Shown: piece after piece, positions 9,816 to 18,934 of the stretch | Layout: every line of letters begins with the position of its first letter | How positions within the stretch are numbered: position 1 is the stretch's first letter | Source of the DNA: Myxococcota bacterium | Lineage (GTDB): Bacteria; Myxococcota_A; Polyangia; Polyangiales; Houyiibacteriaceae | Length of the DNA: 64,000 nt | Assembly (NCBI GenBank): GCA_039028875.1 | Contig: JBCCHE010000018.1 | Coordinates: 9,834 to 73,833 of the forward strand | Reading direction: 5' to 3' | Made by a program: the position numbers and the translations under genes | The notes under the pieces: model-generated | The model's input: only the letters and a program-made list of their open reading frames with translations | The model's database searches: none | Told to the model about the DNA's origin: nothing

Positions 9816-12416
9816 ATGAGGGAGTACGAGCAGGTGGTCCGAGGAGGCCCGGATGCCGACGCCAACCATCGGCGACGGCTCGAGGACCAGGTACGCCTGC
9901 GGTCGCTCCACGCGCTCTCACACATGCTTCCGGTCCTTGCCGGCATCTACGCCGCCGCGGCGATCATGTTCATGGTGGCGCCGCCCCTCTCACCGGCCGC
10001 GCCCCATATCCTGCTGTGTTCGTTGGCCTCGGGGATGGTCTGCCTCGTCTGGGCCGCCATCCGGGTCGACGACCCGCGCTACGACACACCGATTTCGCTC
10101 TACACGATCGCGGTTGCGGCGGGGCTCGGCCTCGCCATGTTCGCCGTCAGCGACGAGATGGCCAACACGACCACCCTGGCCATCTCGATCGTCGCTGCCG
10201 GTGCTCTCCTCTACCGAGTCCCGACGTATCTCGCGATGGTCGGGATCGTCGCGGTAGGTTGGCCGATCATCGCGGCTGGCGCTCCGCGTGACGAGTACGT
10301 CTTCGCCGCGTTCCAGCTCTGCGCCGCGGCCGTCGTCGGCGGGCTCGTACTCTGGTCGCGACGGAGCTTGATGGTCAAGCTGCTCGAGGAAGCCGACGAA
10401 GCCCGAGAGATGCGCACCCTCGCGACACGCCAGGCGCAAAGCCTCGGACGAGCACGTGACGCGGCCCTCGCTTCCGCACAGGCCAAGGGGCAGTTCCTCG
10501 CCAATGTAAGTCACGAAGTCAGGACGCCGCTCAACGGAATGCTCGGTTTACTACAGCTGATCGACCCCTCGGCGCTACCCGAACCTCAGAGCGGTTACCT
10601 AAGCGACGTCCACAAATCGAGCCAGGCGCTTCTCGCCATCGTGAACGACCTTCTCGACCTATCGAAGATCGAAGCGGGCGAGATGCGACTCGAGTCGGTC
10701 CCTTTCGACGTGGCCGCGATGATTCGCGAGCTTGCCATGAACTACGCGTCCGCAGCCGCGGCGAAGGACATCCGGCTCACGACCGAAGTCGAAGACGATG
10801 TCCCAACCGAGATCTGTGGCGACCCATTGCGCTTTCGTCAGGTGCTCTCGAATCTTTTGAACAACGCCCTGAAGTTCACCAACGACGGCCAGGTGGCGGT
10901 TGGCGTTCGTGTACTCGATCACGACGGCACGCACGTGGAGCTCCAGGTCACTGTCGCCGACACTGGCGTCGGCATCTCGTCTGAAAAGGCAGCGGACATC
11001 TTCAGGCCGTTCTCGCAGGCCGACGCGTCGACGACACGCGAGTACGGGGGCACGGGGCTTGGCCTCCCGATCTGCACGCAACTCGTCGAACTGATGGGAG
11101 GGACGCTCCGCCTCGAGAGTCCGAAGAGCGGCGGAAGCAAGTTCTACTTCAACGCGCGGTTCGAACTCGAAGAGCAGCTCAGCGACGAGCTCGCCGCGGT
11201 TGCGGAGGGCCTCTCCGGAATGAAGGTGCTCTTGCTCGAGAGCAGTCACCGCGCGCGTGAGACCCTCGAAGCCCAGTTTAACGCGTGGGGCGTGTCGGTA
11301 TGGGCAACGACCACGTTCGATGGCGCTATGCGCACGTTGCGCGCCCCCCCTCACCCGGACGTGACCCTGATCGACCTGCGGAGCCTCGGCAAAGACTGGC
11401 GGACTCGTGCACCGGACCTCGCCACCGCAGCCAACGCGGTCGGGAGCTCGGCGATCGTCATCTGCGAACACCGCCACGAGGTCAGCGAGATGGCGGCCGC
11501 AGGCGTGGACGTCTGCGTCCAAAAACCGATCCGACGCGCGAAAGTCATCGCCGCGATGCTTCGGGCACTCGACAAGTCGCCCCAAGAGGATGCCAAACAC
11601 CAAAACGCCGAGCGCCTGTCGATCCCTTCGCTCGCGCCGGCCAACTCGCAGTCGACCGGAATGCGCATCCTCGTCGCCGAAGACAACACGATCAATCTTA
11701 CGGTGGTCGAGGCACATCTTGTCGCCCTCGGCTACGAAGTCGACAGCGTCGAGGATGGCGAGGCGGCGCTCGACGCACTCGGTCCGGACCACGGTTACGC
11801 CGCGGTCCTGATGGACGGGCAGATGCCAAAGATGGACGGCTATCAAGCCACACGAGTCCTGCGCGAACGTGAAGCCAGCACCCGGCAACGGCGCGTTCCA
11901 GTGATCGCGCTCACGGCACACGCGATGGCAGGAGACCGCCGCACCGCCTACGCGGCCGGGATGGACGACTACCTCTCGAAACCGTTCACCCGTAGCCAGC
12001 TCGGGACAACTCTGCGGCGCTGGGCATCGCGGCCAGACGCCCGGTCGTCGACGTTCCCATCGAACGTGCTCGATACGAGCATCACGTCACAGCTTCTGGA
12101 CCTCGAGAAGGAGGAGCCGGGGTTCCTGTGCGAGGTCATCGACAGCTTCTTCACGACTGCCGAAGACAGTCTTGCGCGGATGAAGAGCGCCACCCTGAGC
12201 GGGGACATCCAGAGCCTTCGCGAAGCGGCGCACATGGTGCGGGGAAGCAGTCAGCAACTCGGCGCACACCGGTTCGGAACCACCTGCCAAAAGCTCGAGG
12301 AGCTACCGAGCACAGACGCGGCGCCTGCATTGCTCGTCGAGCTCGAATCGGACCTCGAAGGCGCGCGCGAGGCCCTCATCGGCCTCGCCGATCGCGCCCT
12401 CGACGCGGCGTCGTAG
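9816..12416 (+). CDS. hybrid sensor histidine kinase / response regulator with HPt domain
   Basis: AAGGAGG lies 5 nt upstream of ATG 9816. Multi-TM N-terminus. H-box FLANVSHEVRTPLNGMLG. HATPase boxes NLLNNALKFT, DTGVGI, GGTGLGL. A receiver-like segment lacks the acidic pair (VLLLESS), followed by a canonical receiver (ILVAEDN, LMDGQMPKMDG, SKPF) and an HPt (AAHMVRGSSQQLG). Confidence 0.9.
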   Translation: MREYEQVVRGGPDADANHRRRLEDQVRLRSLHALSHMLPVLAGIYAAAAIMFMVAPPLSPAAPHILLCSLASGMVCLVWAAIRVDDPRYDTPISLYTIAVAAGLGLAMFAVSDEMANTTTLAISIVAAGALLYRVPTYLAMVGIVAVGWPIIAAGAPRDEYVFAAFQLCAAAVVGGLVLWSRRSLMVKLLEEADEAREMRTLATRQAQSLGRARDAALASAQAKGQFLANVSHEVRTPLNGMLGLLQLIDPSALPEPQSGYLSDVHKSSQALLAIVNDLLDLSKIEAGEMRLESVPFDVAAMIRELAMNYASAAAAKDIRLTTEVEDDVPTEICGDPLRFRQVLSNLLNNALKFTNDGQVAVGVRVLDHDGTHVELQVTVADTGVGISSEKAADIFRPFSQADASTTREYGGTGLGLPICTQLVELMGGTLRLESPKSGGSKFYFNARFELEEQLSDELAAVAEGLSGMKVLLLESSHRARETLEAQFNAWGVSVWATTTFDGAMRTLRAPPHPDVTLIDLRSLGKDWRTRAPDLATAANAVGSSAIVICEHRHEVSEMAAAGVDVCVQKPIRRAKVIAAMLRALDKSPQEDAKHQNAERLSIPSLAPANSQSTGMRILVAEDNTINLTVVEAHLVALGYEVDSVEDGEAALDALGPDHGYAAVLMDGQMPKMDGYQATRVLREREASTRQRRVPVIALTAHAMAGDRRTAYAAGMDDYLSKPFTRSQLGTTLRRWASRPDARSSTFPSNVLDTSITSQLLDLEKEEPGFLCEVIDSFFTTAEDSLARMKSATLSGDIQSLREAAHMVRGSSQQLGAHRFGTTCQKLEELPSTDAAPALLVELESDLEGAREALIGLADRALDAAS

Positions 12417-12423
12417 AGACCCG

Positions 12424-13233
12424 CTAGTTGCCCGTGGGCGCACCGGACAGACGCATCGCATCGACGATCCAGCTGTCGCGAATCGTATCGGCCGGCAAAC
12501 CTTCGACGTGCTCGGCAAGCCATTCCACATCGGAGGACTCGAAGCGAGCGATCTGATGGTAATGATAGATCCCGAGACGGTTGAGCGTGCGCTCGAGGCT
12601 TGGGTCGACCCCTTCGAGTCGCTGAAGGTCGTCGCGCGCGCCGAACGGCTGCACCATAACCCAAGCGGGAGGACGTGATTCGCCGCTGCTCTTGACCTCG
12701 AGCTCGCTCTCGCGGAGGCGGCCTTTCAACGTCTCGATGTCGTCGAGCATGCGTTCGTGAATCCCATGCAGCACCTCGAGCTCGGTCCGAAGCCGTTCGA
12801 TGCGGGCTTCGGCATCACGGAGCGTCGATTGTGAAGCGTCTCTCTCCTCGACGGCGAGACGAAGCTCGCGTCGAAGGTCTTCAGCCGACTCCCGCGAGCT
12901 CGGCTGTGTCGCGTCGGGGATCTGCGAGAGCCTGCTCTCGACATCGCGCATGGCGTGATTGCGCGCATCCAGCGTGGCCGTCAGCTGGCGCTTGGCGCGC
13001 CGGAGCGTCTCGACCTCGTTGTCGGCCTTCTTGAGTTGCCGCCGAAGCGACTCGATCCGTTCGTCCCGGTCAGCCATGTCGGTGCGGGCTTCGTCGAGCT
13101 CGTACTCGAGGGTTTTGGCCCGCACCGGGGCACCCAACCGGCCCCAAAGCGTCTGGCCCAGCCAAAGCATGATCGCTCCGAAGCCCGCGGCAATGAAGAG
13201 CGCGCCGACCATTTGCATCACGAGATAAGTCAC
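12424..13233 (-). CDS. membrane-anchored coiled-coil protein with C-terminal helix-hairpin-helix-like module
   Basis: ORF-track 12424..13233. N-terminal TM helix (VGALFIAAGFGAIMLWLG), about 170 aa of E/R/L-rich coiled coil, and a C-terminal LEGVDPSLERTLNRLGIYHYHQIA...WL motif. Its start overlaps the stop of the upstream BON gene (13230-13233). Confidence 0.7.
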   Translation of the reverse strand: MTYLVMQMVGALFIAAGFGAIMLWLGQTLWGRLGAPVRAKTLEYELDEARTDMADRDERIESLRRQLKKADNEVETLRRAKRQLTATLDARNHAMRDVESRLSQIPDATQPSSRESAEDLRRELRLAVEERDASQSTLRDAEARIERLRTELEVLHGIHERMLDDIETLKGRLRESELEVKSSGESRPPAWVMVQPFGARDDLQRLEGVDPSLERTLNRLGIYHYHQIARFESSDVEWLAEHVEGLPADTIRDSWIVDAMRLSGAPTGN

Positions 13234-13553
13234 TGGTCCCCTCCCCCTTGGCCCCGAGGAGCCTCATCGGCCACGACGAGCGCCGATCGAACCACGCGCA
13301 CCCCACCGACGTTGCGAACGATCCGCGCTGCCCGCGCCGCGTCAGCCGCAGAGGCAACCTGCCCCTCGAGCTCGACGTCTCGGCCATCGACAACCGGCAT
13401 CACGCCGTCGAACCCCGTGTGCTCGAGGACCTGGCCCACCCGAATGGCCACGTCCCACTCGATCTGATGCCTGGTCGGGCTGAGAAACGCGACCCATGCG
13501 ACGTAGCCGAGGAACGCCGCCAAGACCGCGCCAAAGATTCCCTGCTTCCACAT
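13230..13553 (-). CDS. BON-domain membrane protein
   Basis: ORF-track 13230..13643. Start moved to ATG 13553 (MWKQGIFGAVLAAFLGYVAWVAF, a TM helix). BON-like VDGRDVELEGQVASAADAARAARIVRNVGGVRVVRSALVV. Confidence 0.7.
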   Translation of the reverse strand: MWKQGIFGAVLAAFLGYVAWVAFLSPTRHQIEWDVAIRVGQVLEHTGFDGVMPVVDGRDVELEGQVASAADAARAARIVRNVGGVRVVRSALVVADEAPRGQGGGDQ

Positions 13554-13637
13554 ACTCGCGTGACCTAGGGGGATTGAACCCGATTTGCCGACGAAAAGCC
13601 ATGTTCCGACAACGCGCAGCGGCTGGCGCGCGAGCCA

Positions 13638-13666
13638 ACACACAAAACCGGGCGATCGCTCGCCCG
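13638..13666 (-). terminator. candidate intrinsic terminator after the 2H-phosphoesterase gene
   Basis: On the minus strand, CGGGCGA-gcga-TCGCCCG (13666-13649) is followed by GTTTTGTGTGTT. It starts 24 nt after the stop at 13690. Confidence 0.45.
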
Positions 13667-13689
13667 ATCGGGTGCCGATTCCGCGAGGT

Positions 13690-14238
13690 TCAGGCCTGGC
13701 AGGGGTGCTCGTCGACGATCTGAAAGAGGCGCTGCGCCCGATCGTTCGCCCAGGTGTAGAGCCCGAGCGACGTCACCCGAAATGACGCCCGCCGAACCTC
13801 GAGGGCCTGCGCCCATGCGAGGGCGGCTCGACGGTCTTGGACAGTCGCTCTTCGTTGGATGCGCGCGACGGTCATGTGCGGAAGGGGCGGTCGCGTGTCA
13901 GCACGGGCGCCGGCGGCCCGGGCGATCGGCCCCCGCACACGATCGATCATCGCGGCAAGTTCGTCGGCCCCATCGCTGACGATCGCAGACAGGGCCGACG
14001 GTCGCGACGGGTTCCCGAGTGCACGCACCTCGCCAAACCCGCCCTGCACCTGGGCGAACGCAATGTCGCGGGCGACCGACCACCCTCGTTGGGCCTCCTT
14101 CGCGCCGACCGCCCCGAGGAAGACGACGGTGCAATGGAGGTCCTCCTGGGCGAACACGCGCACGCGGGACGGCGGGTCGGGCCATCGGGAGAGGCCCTCG
14201 ACTTGCATCGGGAAACCGATGAACCAATTAGGGGTCAC
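13690..14238 (-). CDS. 2H phosphoesterase / 2'-5' RNA ligase (LigT-like) family protein
   Basis: ORF-track 13690..14238. Carries the two H-x-T/S motifs of the 2H superfamily (HCTVVFLG and HMTVARI). Confidence 0.7.
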   Translation of the reverse strand: MTPNWFIGFPMQVEGLSRWPDPPSRVRVFAQEDLHCTVVFLGAVGAKEAQRGWSVARDIAFAQVQGGFGEVRALGNPSRPSALSAIVSDGADELAAMIDRVRGPIARAAGARADTRPPLPHMTVARIQRRATVQDRRAALAWAQALEVRRASFRVTSLGLYTWANDRAQRLFQIVDEHPCQA

Positions 14239-14279
14239 GCCGCGAGTCTAAACGTTACTCGGACACGCTGCGACAGCCC

Positions 14280-15074
14280 ATGTCGGTCATCGAAGCGTTC
14301 AACGAATCGGCCTCGGCCCACCCGCTCTACACGTGGACCATTGCCGGCGTCGTCATCCTTGGGGCCTTGGCGTTTCTGGTGCTCCTTTTTATTTCCGCAC
14401 CGTATGGACGGCACCTCCGCGACGGGTGGGGCCCAACCATGAACGCGACCGCGTTGTGGGTGCTCATGGAGGCGCCCTCCCCGATCTCCTTCGCGGTCGT
14501 TTACTTCATGTCCGACAACGCGTTCAAGCCCGTGCCGCTCGTGCTCTTCGCGATGTACATGGGCCACTACACCTATCGATCGTTCATCTACCCGTTTCGG
14601 ATGCGGGGGGGCCACAAGCGAAAGCCCATCTTGACGGGCGCTCTCGCGTTCGCGTTCAACATCGCAAATGGCTCCACCAACGCTTTCGCGATCACAGAAC
14701 TGGCACCGCACTTGCTCGACCCGCGGTGGTTCTCCGACCCGCGCTTCATCGCGGGGGCGATCATCTTCGCCACTGGCTACGCGATCAACCACCAGTCAGA
14801 CGCGATTTTGCGCAACCTGCGAAAGCCCGGAGAGAGCGGCTACAAGATTCCCCACGGGGGCTTCTACCGTTGGGTGTCGAGCCCCAACTACTTCGGTGAA
14901 CTGGTCGAATGGACCGGCTTCGCGCTGTGCGCCTGGACGGTCCCTGCAGTCGTCTTCGTCTTCTTCACGGCCTCGAACCTCGTGCCAAGGGCGTTTTCCA
15001 ATCACCGTTGGTACCTCGAGAACTTCGAGGACTACCCAAAAGACCGCCGTCGGGTCATCCCCTTCCTGCTGTAA
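14280..15074 (+). CDS. 3-oxo-5-alpha-steroid 4-dehydrogenase (steroid 5-alpha-reductase, SRD5A) family membrane protein
   Basis: ORF-track 14280..15074, 264 aa, polytopic. Family motifs YKIPHGGFYRWVSSPNYFGELVEW and NHRWY..FEDYPK.RR..IPF. Confidence 0.85.
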   Translation: MSVIEAFNESASAHPLYTWTIAGVVILGALAFLVLLFISAPYGRHLRDGWGPTMNATALWVLMEAPSPISFAVVYFMSDNAFKPVPLVLFAMYMGHYTYRSFIYPFRMRGGHKRKPILTGALAFAFNIANGSTNAFAITELAPHLLDPRWFSDPRFIAGAIIFATGYAINHQSDAILRNLRKPGESGYKIPHGGFYRWVSSPNYFGELVEWTGFALCAWTVPAVVFVFFTASNLVPRAFSNHRWYLENFEDYPKDRRRVIPFLL

Positions 15075-15101
15075 GGCCGGGGGCTTGCATCCTGAGGCCG
15101 A

Positions 15102-17612
15102 TTGACGCGACAATGTCCGACCAGGGCGACTGTCGTCGGGGAGGGATGCGCGTTGGCCGACAAGAACTCGAGCGTGGGGAATGAACCGTCCGACCTGTTT
15201 CAAGTGGAGGAAGCAGGTACGTCGATCTCACCGGTCGACAAGATCGTGCTGCCACCCGAAGAGCAGCTCAAGCGACGCATCCAGCGCCTAGTGGTCGCGG
15301 CACTCGTGGCCCTCGCCGTCCTGTACCTCATCTACCTCGTGCTCGGTTGGATACACGCGAGCCGCGTGTCATCGGCGCTCGACGACGTCATCGAAGTCGC
15401 GACCCCTCAAACGATCGACCAGGCGCTAGCCCTCGTTCCCGATGACGCGGAGGATGGCGGCGACAGCGCCGTCCGGGCTCGACTCTTGGCCACGGCCGCC
15501 CTCGGCGGCGACCTCGAACGCTTGGAACAAGCCAAAGCGATGCTGGCGGATGCGCCTCAGGACGACGATCCGGACCGACGGATCGGTCGGATGTACGTGA
15601 TGCTGGCCCAAGGGAACCCGCGCGCGGCGCTCGCCGAATCGGAGAAGGCAGCCAAGTACGACGAACAGAAGGCGGCGTTCCTTCGGGGGCGCGCGATGAT
15701 CGCCATGGCGCGGGGGCAGTGGCCACAAGCGGTCCAAGACGCCAAGAGCGCAGCCGCGATCGAACCCGAGGCTCCCGCCCCCGCCGCACTGCTCGCGTTG
15801 GCCACGGCCAAGAGCACGAGCACCGAAGAGGCGCTCGCGGTTCTCGACGCGACAACGGACACGCCCGCAGTCCGTATTGCACGCGCACGTATTCTGACGT
15901 TCGACGATGGGAGTCCCGAAGAGATCCTGCCGCTCACGGCGAGCGTTCTCGGAGACGACCAGGCGACCCCACTCGAGAAGTCATGGGCGTCCCTGATCGA
16001 AGGCATGCTCGCTTACCGGCGCGGCGCCATCGACTCGGCCTACGAGCACGCGCGCACCGCGGCCGATCTCGATCTTCGCATGGACGAAACCCTGATCGTC
16101 ACCACCGCACAGCTCTTCTTGGCGCTAGGACAACCGGGCGACGCGCGGCGGCTACTCAAGCGCCTCTCGACAGGGCCGTCCTCTGATCTGGCATCCCGCG
16201 CGCACGTGATCGCGTGGTGGTACGCGGGGGCCGGGGACGACAAAGCGGCGATCGCGACGCTCGAGGGCGCTGGCCTCGAGCCAGAAAAACCGGTCGATTC
16301 CGCGTTCAGGGCATTGACCCTCGCCGAAATCTCGAGACTGTCGTCCGACACCCGGCCGCGCGCGGAGACGCTCTACCGACAGGCCACAGACGATGCGACG
16401 TGGGGAGTGGCAGCCTCGAACGCGCTCGCACGAATGCTCGCCGAAGACGGCAGGCCCGATGAAGCGCTCGCGGTCCTCGAGGCGGGCCTTGGTGTGCACC
16501 CGAACCATCTCACCTTGGTCGACACGGCGACCGAAGTGGCCCTCCGGAGCGGCGACGTCGACGGCGCGGACACACTGACGCGAGCAGCCCTCGATGCTTT
16601 TCCCGACGAGGGGTGGGCACACGGGAGTCGTGGTCGGGTCCTGCTGGCGAAGCGCGAGGCGACAAAGGCCGTCGCCGAGCTCGACCGCGCGGTCGAACTG
16701 AGCCCCAAGGACGCAAGGCTCCTCGCTCTGCGGGGAGACGCCGCGCGCGCGGTCGGTGACGTCAATCGCGCAAAGGCCAGCTACGAGAGCGCGCTCGCGA
16801 TCGACCCAGCACAGCCCCGCGCCCTCTCGGGGCTTCTGGCGCTCTTGATCGACACCGGTGACTTCGCCCGAGCCGGTGAGGTGATGAAAACGATGGACAG
16901 CGCCAAGGTGCGTGACCTTCGGGCGGACGAGCAGCGCATTCGCTACCTCGTTCGGACCGGCGCCGGGCAAGCCGGGCTGACGACACTCCGCAATGCGGTC
17001 GCTCGCCATAGTCGGAACGCGGGCCTTCGACTTGCAGGCGCCCGTGTGTATCTACAGGCCGAGCGATACGCGAGCGCGGCAAGCTACTACCAACAGGCGA
17101 AGCGCCTTGGCGCCGACGCGCGCACGGCCGAAACCGGCCTCGCGCTCGCGCAGGTGTACGACCGCCGCCGGCTCGGCGCCGAGAAGACCCTCGAGCGCGC
17201 CGCCGAGGTGGGGAAGGACGCCGAAGAGCCACCGCCGCCGCCGAGCACCCTCGTTCAGGCCTGGGAGCTCGTCGTGAAAGCACACCTCGCGTTGGCCGAT
17301 CAGAAACGGGGCCTGGCCGTGCGCTACGCGAAGCGCGCCGCCGAGCTCGTGCCGAACGATGCCGATGTGTTCTTGTTGCAGGCCGACATCGAGGTCGACC
17401 GCGATCGCCCGTCCGAGGCACCGCTTCGGCTCGCAGCCATCGCACCGATCCCGATGCCGGTGGCGCTAGGCCGGTTGGCGCACGAGCTTGGGCCCACCGA
17501 AGAAGGCTGCGCCATGGCGGCGGCCTATTTGAAAGCCAATCGGGGCGGGAAGTACGCCAGGAAGGCGCGTGACGTCGCGCGCCAATGCGATGCGGCGACC
17601 GAGTCGCCTTGA
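15102..17612 (+). CDS. TPR-repeat protein with N-terminal membrane anchor
   Basis: ORF-track 15102..17612 (TTG start; the true start may be an in-frame GTG a few codons downstream). TM helix LVVAALVALAVLYLIYLVLGWI, followed by A/L/R-rich TPR-like repeats throughout. Confidence 0.75.
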   Translation: MTRQCPTRATVVGEGCALADKNSSVGNEPSDLFQVEEAGTSISPVDKIVLPPEEQLKRRIQRLVVAALVALAVLYLIYLVLGWIHASRVSSALDDVIEVATPQTIDQALALVPDDAEDGGDSAVRARLLATAALGGDLERLEQAKAMLADAPQDDDPDRRIGRMYVMLAQGNPRAALAESEKAAKYDEQKAAFLRGRAMIAMARGQWPQAVQDAKSAAAIEPEAPAPAALLALATAKSTSTEEALAVLDATTDTPAVRIARARILTFDDGSPEEILPLTASVLGDDQATPLEKSWASLIEGMLAYRRGAIDSAYEHARTAADLDLRMDETLIVTTAQLFLALGQPGDARRLLKRLSTGPSSDLASRAHVIAWWYAGAGDDKAAIATLEGAGLEPEKPVDSAFRALTLAEISRLSSDTRPRAETLYRQATDDATWGVAASNALARMLAEDGRPDEALAVLEAGLGVHPNHLTLVDTATEVALRSGDVDGADTLTRAALDAFPDEGWAHGSRGRVLLAKREATKAVAELDRAVELSPKDARLLALRGDAARAVGDVNRAKASYESALAIDPAQPRALSGLLALLIDTGDFARAGEVMKTMDSAKVRDLRADEQRIRYLVRTGAGQAGLTTLRNAVARHSRNAGLRLAGARVYLQAERYASAASYYQQAKRLGADARTAETGLALAQVYDRRRLGAEKTLERAAEVGKDAEEPPPPPSTLVQAWELVVKAHLALADQKRGLAVRYAKRAAELVPNDADVFLLQADIEVDRDRPSEAPLRLAAIAPIPMPVALGRLAHELGPTEEGCAMAAAYLKANRGGKYARKARDVARQCDAATESP

Positions 17613-17646
17613 GCCCTGTCAGCCGGCCGTTACGCCGTCGTCGCGG

Positions 17647-18780
17647 TCACTCGGAGCTCGACAGTAGCGTAGAGACGCGTTCGACAGCATCGATGTACTC
17701 ACCGACCATCTCTTCGACGACCTGGCGAGCCGACTTGCGCGTGTTCATCTGACCAACGACCTGCCCCACCGGTGTACCGAGCAGCGACGCGGACCCTTCC
17801 GCACCGGTTTGTGCGAAACGCGTGATGCGCTGCGTGGCCTCGGCGGTGGCCATGAACTGAAGCGGCATCGGCAGGTACCCAGGACACTCTGGGTCTTCGT
17901 CCCAGGCCCGCGTGTAGTCGGTCTTGAGTTGCCGCGCGGGCTTACCACTGATGCAACGTGAGCGAACGGTCTCTGTGGAGTCGGCCACCAAGAGCTTGTC
18001 GACGAGGGACGGAATCGAGTCCGACTCTTCGGTCGTGAGCCAAATCGACCCCGTCCAAACGCCCTGCGCGCCCATGGCAAGCGCGGCCGCCATCTGACGA
18101 CCGGAACCAATCCCCCCGGCGCCCAACACCGGAGTAGGTGCCACCGCGTCCACGACTTGGGGCAGAAGCACCATCGAGCCGATCTCGCCCGTGTGCCCGC
18201 CGGCTTCGAAGCCCGAGGCGATGACGATGTCAACGCCAGCATTCTTTTGTTTGATCGCTTGCCGGACCGTCCCACAAAGCGCGGCCACCACGACGCCGCG
18301 GTCGTGCGCTTGGCTGATGATATCTTCTGGCGGCGGCCCAAGGGCGTTGGCGATGAGGGCAATCGGGTGATTCATCGCAACATCGAAATGCGCGCGACCT
18401 CCACTGGCCGACCAGCCGAGGAGGCTCTCGATCTGCTGGACGTCGTCCGGAAGCGGCGGTACCCCGTGCCGGCCGAGTAGATCGTTGATCCACTTCCGGT
18501 GGGCCGGCGTGATCATCTGCTCGAGCTGTTCCTTGGTGATGTCGCCTTGGTCGCGGCCGATGTACTTCGCAGGGATGACGGTGTCGACGCCGTAAGGCTT
18601 CCCGTCGACATGCTCGTCGATCCACTTGAGTTCGAGCTCGAGCTGCTCCGGACTGTAGGCGACGGCCCCGAGCACCCCGAGACCACCGGCCCGACTCACC
18701 GCCGCAACGACGTCCCGGCAGTGGCTAAACGCAAAGATCGGAAACTCGATCCCAAGCCGCTCACAAATCTCAGTCTTCAT
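17647..18780 (-). CDS. nitronate monooxygenase (NMO / 2-nitropropane dioxygenase family, FMN-dependent)
   Basis: ORF-track 17647..19071. Start moved to ATG 18780 (MKTEICERLGIEFPIFAFSH). Also GGLGVLGA, ASGFEAGGHTG and GAGGIGSGRQMAAALAMGAQGVWTGS. Confidence 0.85.
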   Translation of the reverse strand: MKTEICERLGIEFPIFAFSHCRDVVAAVSRAGGLGVLGAVAYSPEQLELELKWIDEHVDGKPYGVDTVIPAKYIGRDQGDITKEQLEQMITPAHRKWINDLLGRHGVPPLPDDVQQIESLLGWSASGGRAHFDVAMNHPIALIANALGPPPEDIISQAHDRGVVVAALCGTVRQAIKQKNAGVDIVIASGFEAGGHTGEIGSMVLLPQVVDAVAPTPVLGAGGIGSGRQMAAALAMGAQGVWTGSIWLTTEESDSIPSLVDKLLVADSTETVRSRCISGKPARQLKTDYTRAWDEDPECPGYLPMPLQFMATAEATQRITRFAQTGAEGSASLLGTPVGQVVGQMNTRKSARQVVEEMVGEYIDAVERVSTLLSSSE

Positions 18781-18839
18781 GACACTCCCAAGCCTCACGC
18801 CGTGCGACGAGGGAGAATTCCCTGGTGCCGGCCCAAAAA

Positions 18840-18853
18840 TAGAACGCGTTCTA
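18840..18853. promoter_or_regulatory. perfect 14-bp palindrome TAGAACGCGTTCTA (TetR/KstR-type operator shape TnnAACnnGTTnnA)
   Basis: Read directly from the sequence. Extends to an imperfect 28-bp palindrome at 18833-18860 (CCAAAAA...TTTGG). Sits 60-73 nt upstream of the NMO start codon, in an AT-rich patch. Confidence 0.45.
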
Positions 18854-18934
18854 GTTTGGGCGAAAGCGCACGTCGGGTCAACGCCAAAGTGCGCGAAACA
18901 GGGCCCAAGAGCGGTGGTGCGCCGATGGGGCGCG

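Noticed and set aside
10659-11921. 420-aa minus-strand ORF
   Set aside because: It is antisense to the hybrid histidine kinase, whose H, N, G, REC and HPt motifs are unambiguous.
14246-14266. GAGT-ctaAACGTT-ACTC imperfect palindrome between the LigT-like and SRD5A genes
   Set aside because: Only a 6-bp AACGTT core plus 4-bp outer arms with asymmetric spacing. This is too weak to call.
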